From: Acidimicrobiia bacterium
Lineage (GTDB): Bacteria; Actinomycetota; Acidimicrobiia; Spongiisociales; ZC4RG35
NCBI GenBank assembly: GCA_965216725.1
Contig: CBDCGI010000022.1
Location: 64,438-128,437 of the forward strand
Direction of reading: 5' to 3'
Length of the DNA: 64,000 nt
Shown here: positions 48,227 through 56,345 of the stretch, one piece after another
Layout of the letters: the number at the start of each line of letters is the position of its first letter
Numbering within the stretch: the stretch's first letter is position 1
The notes under the pieces: model-generated
Told to the model about the DNA's origin: nothing
Seen by the model: only the letters and a program-made list of their open reading frames with translations
The model's database searches: none
Position numbers and translations under genes: made by a program

Positions 48227-49386
48227 AGGCGCTTGCCATTGGAGGGGTCAACCTGCGGAGAATGCTTCGAGAGCGGTCCAATGTGTTCTTCGTTTTCATA
48301 CTCCCTATCGGCATCATCTTCTTGGTCGGAGCTCAGTTCGGCGGCGGCGTCGTGCCCCAGATTGGGATTTCGCAAGGTGATGAAGGGGCACTGGCGTCGG
48401 CGATAGTGGAGAAGATCGCAGCCGAGGACGGGGTCGAGGTGGTGACGTACGACGACCGTGACAGGCTGCTCTCTGCTGTAGAAAGAGGATCGGTACAGGC
48501 GGGCACGCTGCTGCCAGCCGGGATGGATCAGGCGGCCGCAGCCGGCGAAATCGTGGAGATCGGCTTCGTGGCTCGACCCGACGGAATCGGACCACAGCTC
48601 CAGGCAGTGGTGGGCTCGGCCGTTTCTAGGGTGATGACACCGGTCGCCGCAGCTCAATTTGCGTCCGTCGAGATCGGAGCTGATTTCGAGGAAGCTTTCG
48701 TGGTGTCCACCGACACGGCCGAAGACCTCGGACGGATCGGCGTGGAGACCACCACAGTCGGTGAAGAGCTCTTTCCCTCGAGTCTTGGCAGGTTCGACCT
48801 CGGAGCGGCCCAACAGCTGGTGTTGTTCATCTTCCTGACTGCGCTGTCCGGATCTGCAGCTCTGATCCTCACCCGCCAGTTGGGGATTTCTACCCGCATG
48901 CTCTCCACGCCGACCGCGGTGGGGACGATTGTCGTGGGCGAGGGAACGGGCCGTTTCGCGGTCGCTCTGGCACAGGGGGTCTACATAGTCGTCGCCACGT
49001 TGCTCCTGTTCCGGGTGAATTGGGGGGATCCCATTGGAGCCGTGGCGATCGTCTTGTTGTTCTCCGCGGTGGGTGCCGGTGCAGGGCTGCTCGCCGGAAC
49101 CCTGTTTCGCAATGATCAACAGGCCGGCGGCATCAGCATCATGCTCGGTCTCGGGTTGGCCGCCTTGGGGGGAGCGATGCTCCCGGCCGACCTCTTCTCC
49201 GACACCATGCAGCGAGTTGCGCATATCACCCCCCATGCCTGGGCCCTCGATGGATTTGCCGAATTGGTGCGGCATAACGGCACGATTCTCGACATCCTCC
49301 CCGAGTTGGGCGTCCTTGCCCTGTATGCGATCGTGCTTTTCTCGATCGCCGGCTGGCGATTGCGGAAGGTGCTCACCTCACCGTGA
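48223..49386 (+). CDS. ABC-2 family transporter permease (second subunit)
   Basis: Start re-chosen at MKALAIGGVNLRR; the ATGA overlaps the upstream stop. Same topology as the preceding permease. Confidence 0.7.
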   Translation: MKALAIGGVNLRRMLRERSNVFFVFILPIGIIFLVGAQFGGGVVPQIGISQGDEGALASAIVEKIAAEDGVEVVTYDDRDRLLSAVERGSVQAGTLLPAGMDQAAAAGEIVEIGFVARPDGIGPQLQAVVGSAVSRVMTPVAAAQFASVEIGADFEEAFVVSTDTAEDLGRIGVETTTVGEELFPSSLGRFDLGAAQQLVLFIFLTALSGSAALILTRQLGISTRMLSTPTAVGTIVVGEGTGRFAVALAQGVYIVVATLLLFRVNWGDPIGAVAIVLLFSAVGAGAGLLAGTLFRNDQQAGGISIMLGLGLAALGGAMLPADLFSDTMQRVAHITPHAWALDGFAELVRHNGTILDILPELGVLALYAIVLFSIAGWRLRKVLTSP

Positions 49387-49956
49387 TTGAATGAGCCTAT
49401 GACTCAACGAGCGCCGGATTCCCCGGACATGTCGAACGAGGATGTGGCCAAAGGTTGCCGGAGGATCTTCGGCTTTGCCGCGTTAGCGTGGGTTCTCTTC
49501 GGTTTCGTAGCGGCCTTCTTCCGGGGAAACGAAACGGACTTTTTGGATTTCTTGATCCCCATCGCAGTCTTCGGCTTTGTCGCAGTCATGGTTGCCCGGG
49601 CTAGACGTCGTCGTTCACAGTCCGAGGACGAGGGGATGTTGGGGGACACCACCCAAAGCAGGACACCGCCACGAGCCGAGACTCGCACAAGCCCGAGACC
49701 CGTGTCACGAGAGCCGTCGGAACCCAGGCCCCTCGACTCGCCGGAACCCGCCAGTCGGCCGACGTCCGAGACACCCGAAGGCTCTCCACGTCGTCCGCCG
49801 CCCCGCAGCCTCGAGGAGGCTCTCGAAGAGCTCGGCTCCGGGCCTCCCGATGACGTTGCAGACGCTCCGCCTTTAGAAGCCCGGCCGATGAGCTCCGAAG
49901 AGATGATCGAAGATGCGAGGCGGAAGTGGGGATCCGGGAGAGATCAGGCTCCCTGA
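49387..49956 (+). CDS. membrane protein with Pro/Ser/Arg-rich disordered C-terminal tail
   Basis: Two TM segments near the N-terminus, then low-complexity sequence. Only codon-usage-level coding support. Confidence 0.4.
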   Translation: MNEPMTQRAPDSPDMSNEDVAKGCRRIFGFAALAWVLFGFVAAFFRGNETDFLDFLIPIAVFGFVAVMVARARRRRSQSEDEGMLGDTTQSRTPPRAETRTSPRPVSREPSEPRPLDSPEPASRPTSETPEGSPRRPPPRSLEEALEELGSGPPDDVADAPPLEARPMSSEEMIEDARRKWGSGRDQAP

Positions 49957-52224
49957 TCAGCTGGCCCGGGAAGCCAAGGCCCTTGCCGTCCTCACCTCGC
50001 TCGCGAATTCCTTGCGAGCAATGGTCACACCGTCCGCTTCGTCCAACAGCCCACGGTTCGCGGCCAGGCCGAGAGCGGACTTGAACAAGACCTGACTGGC
50101 GCTTTCGCCGGAGATCACTTTCCCCTCGATTCGATACATCCGGGCCCGGGCCAGACACGCCTTGAGGAACTGGGCCTCCTCGTAGGGTCCCGCCAATGCC
50201 TCGAGTTCGTCTCCTACCACCTGGTAGGCGTCGAGCAGCGGCAGCAAAGCCCAATGGGCAATCGACGTCTTCAGCTGGGCGATCACGGCCTCTGGCCCTT
50301 GCCGGCTGAGCGTCTCATCCCACTCGGGGACGTCGATTGCAAGGTCGACATGTGCGGCGTCTACGAATGCATCTTTGCTCGCAAAGAAGAACTCGAACTT
50401 CAACAGGTCTCTCAGCGCGAGTACGGCGCGACGGAAGGAGTGCTCCTCTCCCGGCCCCGGGCCGAGCGAATACAGGGCCATTTCGCCCACAGCCCGAGGG
50501 ACGAAGAAATGCAGGATCATGTTTCGGTAATAGGAGATCTTGATCATTTGGTCTTCGTCGAGCCAGTACACCTTCCTTCCTAGCGCCTCGTGGCTCGACA
50601 CATAGCCATTGGCACGTAGCGGCTCGATCACCGCCGTGGAGACGTCGGTGTCGGTGTAGTCGAGGGTTTCGGTGAGGGTGACCCCGCGCTGTCCCAAGAA
50701 AGTGGCCAGATCGGAGCATCTTGCCCCGAGCTCGCTGGCCGTGCGTGCGATCCCTTTCTCTTCGAGGAGCGCGATGCTCATCAGAGCGGTTGGAGTGACT
50801 GGAGTCGCCTGACCGATGCGGTGCATCACTTCGAAAGCGACCTTCTGCAGGTCGATCTCTCCAGATTGATCGCCGCCATTCTTGGCCATGTGAGACGACA
50901 TCGCCACGGGCTCTCCGAACTCGATATATATGTCGCCGTAGCGACGTCTCAACGACCTCACGGCCTTGAGCAGCCAGGTGACCGACTCTTTCTCCTTGGA
51001 CTTGCCCTGGGCCTCCCTGGCATAGTCGGGGACGTCCTGGATCATGTCGTAGGCGATGGACACCGGGACCAATTGGACGTCGTCGGCAACGTCCCTCTGA
51101 TAGGAGTCGGCGACGTAGCTGAGCATCCCCATTCTCGGCGGCAACAGCTTCCCAGACCGTGATCGGCCGCCCTCCAGATAGAACTCGAGCGGGAATCGGT
51201 TCTCAATCAGGTAGTCGAGGTAGGCCTGGAGAACTGTCTTGTACAACCTGTTGCCTCGGAAGCTCCTTCTGATGAAGAACACGCCGGACCGGCGAATTAG
51301 GGGCCCGACGGGGAAGAAATTGAGGTTGATGCCACCCGCCGTGTGGTTGGGCGGCAAGTCGTTCTCCCACAACGTGAACTGCAGGCTCAGCCTGTCTAGG
51401 TTCGAGCGATGAGAAGGCAGGAACACCACCGGGTGGTCAGCGCTTAGAGCGGCCACTTCGGTCACCTTGGCGGGCGAGTATCTGATCGCCCCGTATCCCT
51501 GGCGATAGAGCTTCTGAATGAGACCGGCCGTTATGTCGATGAAGTATGGGGAGTGCGTGGCCGCAATTTCTTTCAGGTACCTGGCGGCCTTGGCGTGTGC
51601 CGTGGCGCGGTTGATGCCCTCCTCTTCGGCGACCGCATCGATAGCGTCAATCAGCTCGCGTCTGGTCAGCATCGATTCGGAGACGAATCGGGGGATCTTG
51701 TAGCGGTGCCCCTGGAGTTGTCGCTCGTAATGGTCCAGCGAGCGCCAAGCACGTCGAGTCACGTAGCTCTCGATGGTGTCGAGTCTCTCCGATTCGGCAT
51801 GGTCGTTGACCATCTCGGACGCGAAAGCGCCACGCGCTGCCAGCAGACGCACTCGCTTGGGGCGGAGATAGCGGATGATTCTGGCCCTGATTGCGTAGGG
51901 ATCACGCGGGTCGCCAGGCTTGAAGAGGTCGCTGAGGCGAACCAGCCGTCGTCCTTGCCGGTTGGCGGGTGGCATCCACACCACTCGAACCGGGATGAAG
52001 AACGGGTCATCGTCGGCTGCGAGGGCCGAACTCAGGGCCTCGTTGTCTCCCCGTCGTCGGCGGCGAGACGACTTGACGCGTATTGCGGCCACGTCACGTC
52101 CGGCTTCCTTCCGGAGCCAGGATCGGAGCATCCTCTCCTCGAAACCGGTTCCGGCGTCTATGAGATAGATCGCCCTGGAGCCCTGCGGAGCACGCAGCAC
52201 AGTGGTCTTGGATCGTGTGGGCAC
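49957..52224 (-). CDS. plsB: glycerol-3-phosphate 1-O-acyltransferase (PlsB family)
   Basis: 755 aa with the HxxxxD acyltransferase motif (PSHRSNLD) and a long C-terminal helical domain as in PlsB. GTG start. Confidence 0.8.
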   Translation of the reverse strand: MPTRSKTTVLRAPQGSRAIYLIDAGTGFEERMLRSWLRKEAGRDVAAIRVKSSRRRRRGDNEALSSALAADDDPFFIPVRVVWMPPANRQGRRLVRLSDLFKPGDPRDPYAIRARIIRYLRPKRVRLLAARGAFASEMVNDHAESERLDTIESYVTRRAWRSLDHYERQLQGHRYKIPRFVSESMLTRRELIDAIDAVAEEEGINRATAHAKAARYLKEIAATHSPYFIDITAGLIQKLYRQGYGAIRYSPAKVTEVAALSADHPVVFLPSHRSNLDRLSLQFTLWENDLPPNHTAGGINLNFFPVGPLIRRSGVFFIRRSFRGNRLYKTVLQAYLDYLIENRFPLEFYLEGGRSRSGKLLPPRMGMLSYVADSYQRDVADDVQLVPVSIAYDMIQDVPDYAREAQGKSKEKESVTWLLKAVRSLRRRYGDIYIEFGEPVAMSSHMAKNGGDQSGEIDLQKVAFEVMHRIGQATPVTPTALMSIALLEEKGIARTASELGARCSDLATFLGQRGVTLTETLDYTDTDVSTAVIEPLRANGYVSSHEALGRKVYWLDEDQMIKISYYRNMILHFFVPRAVGEMALYSLGPGPGEEHSFRRAVLALRDLLKFEFFFASKDAFVDAAHVDLAIDVPEWDETLSRQGPEAVIAQLKTSIAHWALLPLLDAYQVVGDELEALAGPYEEAQFLKACLARARMYRIEGKVISGESASQVLFKSALGLAANRGLLDEADGVTIARKEFASEVRTARALASRAS

Positions 52225-52258
52225 GCCGCCACTCTATTTGGCTGTCAGAATCATCCGG

Positions 52259-52714
52259 GTGCGTATCGTCCTGCAGCGGGTGTCATCTGCTTCGGTGAAG
52301 GTGGCCGAGGCCGTTGTGGGCGAGATCGGCCCCGGGCTGCTGCTCCTGGTCGGCGTTGAGGACAGCGACATCCCCGAGGACGCGACCGCTGCCGCTGAGA
52401 AGATCAGCGGGTTACGGATCTTCTCGGATGGAGAGGGTCGGATGAACCTGTCTCTCGCTGAAGTGGGTGGATCTGTCCTCGTGGTCAGCCAATTCACGCT
52501 TCTTGGTGATGTGCGGAGAGGACGCCGACCATCATTCACCGGCGCCGGCGACCCGTCTCATGCCAGAGAGATCATCAACCTCTTGGTCGAGGGCCTTAAC
52601 GGTCGGGGAATAAGAACAGAGACCGGGAGCTTCGGTGCCAGGATGCACGTCGCTTTGGTGAACGAGGGCCCGGTGACCCTGATCGTGGATGTTCACGGCG
52701 GCCGGGTCGCCTAG
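52259..52714 (+). CDS. dtd: D-aminoacyl-tRNA deacylase
   Basis: Start re-chosen at the GTG giving VRIVLQRV (compare the MRAVVQRV family N-terminus). SQFTL and NEGPVT motifs. Track ORF 52202..52714. Confidence 0.85.
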   Translation: MRIVLQRVSSASVKVAEAVVGEIGPGLLLLVGVEDSDIPEDATAAAEKISGLRIFSDGEGRMNLSLAEVGGSVLVVSQFTLLGDVRRGRRPSFTGAGDPSHAREIINLLVEGLNGRGIRTETGSFGARMHVALVNEGPVTLIVDVHGGRVA

Positions 52715-53304
52715 ACCGTCGATGCCCGAAGGTGCTTTTTCGCATCTGCGAAGTGTTTGGGGAAGAGCAGCGCGCTCAGACCAACGGCCATAGCGGGCAG
52801 CAGGTCGGTTCGCACGCCCCACCAGTTCTCCAGATCGAAGACCCACCACAACAGTGAGGCCGGCAAAGCGAAGGCAATGACAGAGAGTGCGGCGACGCCC
52901 GATGAGCGGGTCAGCGCGGCGCTGGTGGCGATCACTGCTAGCAGCAGTGGCACGGCCGGAGGCCATGCGGCAAGCAGGACACCAGCGGTAATGCCGAGCC
53001 CTTTTCCGCCTTTCATGCGGTACCAGACGTTGTAGATGTTCCCGGCGACCGCGCCGGCGGCAGCTGCCACAGCGCCCGCATCATCTCCGATGAGACCACC
53101 CAGCTCGGTCGCGGCGAACCCCTTCGCCATCTCCACCGCCAGTACAGCGGCGGCAAGACCGATGCCGCCCAAACGTCGGGCGTTGTTTGCTCCCGGATTC
53201 CCGCTCCCCGCCTCCCGGAGGTCGATTCCTCTCGACGCAGCTATCCAGGAAGCGGTAGGCAAGGACCCAAGCAGATATCCAGTCGCAAGGGAGACGAGAA
53301 TCAT
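52711..53304 (-). CDS. plsY: glycerol-3-phosphate acyltransferase PlsY (acyl-phosphate dependent)
   Basis: Start re-chosen at MILVSLATGYLLGS. Motifs GSGNPGANN and the GGKG region are present. The start overlaps the stop of the upstream helicase gene. Confidence 0.8.
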   Translation of the reverse strand: MILVSLATGYLLGSLPTASWIAASRGIDLREAGSGNPGANNARRLGGIGLAAAVLAVEMAKGFAATELGGLIGDDAGAVAAAAGAVAGNIYNVWYRMKGGKGLGITAGVLLAAWPPAVPLLLAVIATSAALTRSSGVAALSVIAFALPASLLWWVFDLENWWGVRTDLLPAMAVGLSALLFPKHFADAKKHLRASTV

Positions 53305-56300
53305 TGCTGTGTTGCCCACTTCTTTCCGGGTTCGCAAAAGCTGAGGAAGTCGCAGTTATGGCAATGTTCACCCGGCTGCTCCCCGTAGTCCCCAGCGTCG
53401 ATCCTCCCGGCGAGGGTGTTCAGCCGTGATCGTGCTTCGTGGATCCATTTGTGGTCGGCGGCGAAGCTGTCGACATGAAGGCCTCCGCCGAGATAGGCAA
53501 AGCTGACGGTGGTTGCAGCCGGCGGAGGAATGCCAAAGCTCACATCTTCCGCGGCGACGGCGTAGGCCTGGAGTTGAACGAGACTCGCCTCGTTGGTGCC
53601 GGGGCGGCCGGATTTGAAGTCGACGATCTCCCAGTAGTCGTCATCGACATAGACGGCGTCGATTCGGCCTCGTAGGCGGTGCCCGGTGTCCAGGGGATAG
53701 CTGAACGGCGCCTCGACCAGGGTGGCCGTTCTTGTAGCGAAGTCGGAGTTGATGAATGAGCTCCAGCCACTGGCGCCTTTGGCTTCTCCGGGAAGGTCAT
53801 ATAGCTCGGGATCGACATCTTCCAAAGGCACCTGTCCTCGCTGGTGCAATTCGATCTTGCGATGGAGCTCGGTGCCGGCCGCAGCCGCAGGATTGCGCCG
53901 CCGAGGAAGGGGGTCTACAGCGGTCCAGTAATAGCGCTTTGGGCAGCGGGCATAGGTGACAAGGCCTGTCACCGACAACGTTGACTCGCCCGGATCCGGT
54001 TCGGGTATCTCGTACTCGTCGAGCGAGAACAGGGTTTGTCGCAGATTGTTCACCCGTTCTTCGACCTGGGGCCCGACGCCCATCGTCTCTGCCATCCCAT
54101 CCAACCCTCCATCCTTGATTGCTTGTTTGAGGGCCGACGCCCACCCTTGGGGAAACAAGGGGTCTGGGGCTGCAGGCTCTGGCGGCCGGACCAACAGGTC
54201 AGGTCTCTCATTGAGTGGCTCCCGCCCGTCGTCGATCGCGGCAGGCGAACCGGCGATCAAGCTGAACAGGTCTGACGGCTGTTTGGGTTTCTTGTTGGGT
54301 TCGGGCCTTCCATACCAAAAAGCGCCGCTGGCAAGCAGTCTCTTGCGGGCTCGGGTGGCAGCGACGTAGGCAACCCTCCATTCCTGTACTTCATTGGTAT
54401 GTTTGAAATGTGCGGTTCTCGCCTTTTCGTCCTCAGGCAGGCCGTCGAGTGCATAGTCGATTCGATGTCGGGCGGGAAGTTGGTGGGATTGCTTGATCGG
54501 GTCCGGATACCCGCCGGTCACGGAGGACGGGAAATTCCCCCTGGTCAAGGTCGGCAGGGAGACGATGTCCCACTCGAGCCCCTTGGCCCGGTGAACCGTC
54601 ACCAGGGTCACCGCGTCCTCACCCGACAAACGGGCCGCATCTAGTTCCTCTGCTGGCTCATCCTCCATGACATCGAGGTAGTCGAGAAAGGCTCCCAGCG
54701 ATGGTCGGCCGCGCAGGGGGCTCCAGTCTTCGGCGAGATCGAGGATGCGGTACAGGTTGAGCCGAGCCGTCAGCCTGAGAGCGTCGGGCAGCGCCTCGGC
54801 GTTTTGCCAGGCGCGAGTTGCGTCCAGGATCATCCGGCACGTCTCGATCAGGCTCGCGCCCTGGCTCTCCACCAGCATTTGGCGATATGTGGAGCCGAAG
54901 TGGGAAATGGCCGCGTTGGCATCGTCTCGGAGGCCGGGTATCTGCGGAGATCTCTCGATGGCTTCGAGGAGGCTGACCGCAGGCAGGTCTACGGTGCTCG
55001 CCGCCGTCTTCGAGCGGGCCCATGCAGCGATGGGGGCGATGTCGGCGAGCCCGAGGCGATACCCGGAGCCAAAAAGAACTTGAAGCACCGAGGCTGAGTC
55101 CGCAGGCCTCTCCAGGATGGTCAGCCAGGCACGAAGTTCGGCCACTTCCGGCACGGCGAGGAGCCCACCGACGTTGGCGACCTCAATCGGAATGTCGGCT
55201 CGCCGCATGGCTTCGACGAACGGTGGAAAGTCCTTGTTCTTGCGAATGAGAACCGCCATCTCGCTCCAAGGTGCGCCCTGGATGTGAAAACCTCGAAACC
55301 GGGAGGCCACCCAATCTGCTTCAGCCAGAGCGTCGGAAGCCCAGCGAGTGACTATTTCCCCGGACGAGTCGTTTGCGGCCGAAACCAGCTCGGCAGATTG
55401 TGGGTTGGCTCTTCTTCGAATGTCGTTGGCAACGTCCAAGATTTCCGGGGCGGACCGTCGGTTCAGCGTCAGGCCCCGCTCGTGTACCGGATTCTCGGTC
55501 GATCCAAAGTGAGAGGCGAACATCTCGAAATTCTCCGGCGTGGCCCCGCGCCACTCATAGATCGTCTGGTCTTCGTCTCCGACGGCCACAATTGGGAACC
55601 CGTTGTTGAAGATCGCGCTCAACATGACCCTTTGCGCCGGGTTGGTGTCCTGGTACTCATCGAGTATCACCGCCCGGTATCGCTCGCGGACGCGAGCGGC
55701 GAAATCTGGATGCTTTGTCATCAGGCGTGTGGAAAGGGTGACCAGGTCTCCGTAATCGACCACGCCGTAGGCTCTCTTCGCTTCCTCGTACCGCAAGAGT
55801 GTCTCCAGCATCTCCTTTCGCTTCTCCTCGATGTCACCGTTCGGCTCTTCCGACTCGAGAAGCGTGGCCGGTGTCTTCAGGTGGTCGGCGAGACGATCGG
55901 AAAGCCGGCGGACCTGATCGACGCTGCGAAAATCAACGATGTTGACGTGCCGGTACGTGGTCCTGTGCATGATCTCGGTGAGGATCTGCCGGGAGAAGGT
56001 CGGGGTGATTATTCGCACCCGCCCATCGACGCCGGCGAGACTCCCGAATTCGGCAAGGAGCTGTGCCGCAAAGCCGTGGTAGGTGTGGATCTCCGCCTGG
56101 CGACTCGTGTCGATCTGGTGGCCGAGCTGCGACCTGACCCGGTCGGCGAGCTCGGCTGCCGCCTTGTTGGTGAAAGTCATTCCCAAGACGTGCTCAGGAT
56201 CGATGCCATGGTCGGCTACGAGATTCGCGATCACCATGGCGACCGTGGTGGTCTTCCCGGTGCCGGCACCGGCCCGGATCCTGATCGAGGCTATCCCGAG

Positions 56301-56345
56301 ATCTAGGATTTCTCTTTGCTCGTTGGAGGGGGTGATTCCTGTCAT
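53301..56345 (-). CDS. adnB: ATP-dependent helicase-nuclease subunit (AdnB-like; UvrD-family motor plus RecB/AddB-type nuclease with Cys cluster)
   Basis: Start re-chosen at MTGITPSNEQ. Motif I AGAGTGKT, motif II DEYQD. C-terminal nuclease motif IDAVYVDDDYWEIVDFKSG. Cys pattern C..(n)..CHNCDFLSFC. Confidence 0.75.
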   Translation of the reverse strand: MTGITPSNEQREILDLGIASIRIRAGAGTGKTTTVAMVIANLVADHGIDPEHVLGMTFTNKAAAELADRVRSQLGHQIDTSRQAEIHTYHGFAAQLLAEFGSLAGVDGRVRIITPTFSRQILTEIMHRTTYRHVNIVDFRSVDQVRRLSDRLADHLKTPATLLESEEPNGDIEEKRKEMLETLLRYEEAKRAYGVVDYGDLVTLSTRLMTKHPDFAARVRERYRAVILDEYQDTNPAQRVMLSAIFNNGFPIVAVGDEDQTIYEWRGATPENFEMFASHFGSTENPVHERGLTLNRRSAPEILDVANDIRRRANPQSAELVSAANDSSGEIVTRWASDALAEADWVASRFRGFHIQGAPWSEMAVLIRKNKDFPPFVEAMRRADIPIEVANVGGLLAVPEVAELRAWLTILERPADSASVLQVLFGSGYRLGLADIAPIAAWARSKTAASTVDLPAVSLLEAIERSPQIPGLRDDANAAISHFGSTYRQMLVESQGASLIETCRMILDATRAWQNAEALPDALRLTARLNLYRILDLAEDWSPLRGRPSLGAFLDYLDVMEDEPAEELDAARLSGEDAVTLVTVHRAKGLEWDIVSLPTLTRGNFPSSVTGGYPDPIKQSHQLPARHRIDYALDGLPEDEKARTAHFKHTNEVQEWRVAYVAATRARKRLLASGAFWYGRPEPNKKPKQPSDLFSLIAGSPAAIDDGREPLNERPDLLVRPPEPAAPDPLFPQGWASALKQAIKDGGLDGMAETMGVGPQVEERVNNLRQTLFSLDEYEIPEPDPGESTLSVTGLVTYARCPKRYYWTAVDPLPRRRNPAAAAGTELHRKIELHQRGQVPLEDVDPELYDLPGEAKGASGWSSFINSDFATRTATLVEAPFSYPLDTGHRLRGRIDAVYVDDDYWEIVDFKSGRPGTNEASLVQLQAYAVAAEDVSFGIPPPAATTVSFAYLGGGLHVDSFAADHKWIHEARSRLNTLAGRIDAGDYGEQPGEHCHNCDFLSFCEPGKKWATQQ

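Noticed and set aside
47644-49275. 543-aa minus-strand ORF, and a 608-aa plus-strand ORF starting at 47560
   Set aside because: They are antisense to, or out of frame within, the two ABC-2 permease genes. The 608-aa ORF is in frame with the second permease only from the ATG at 48223; its upstream part is out-of-frame read-through of permease 1.
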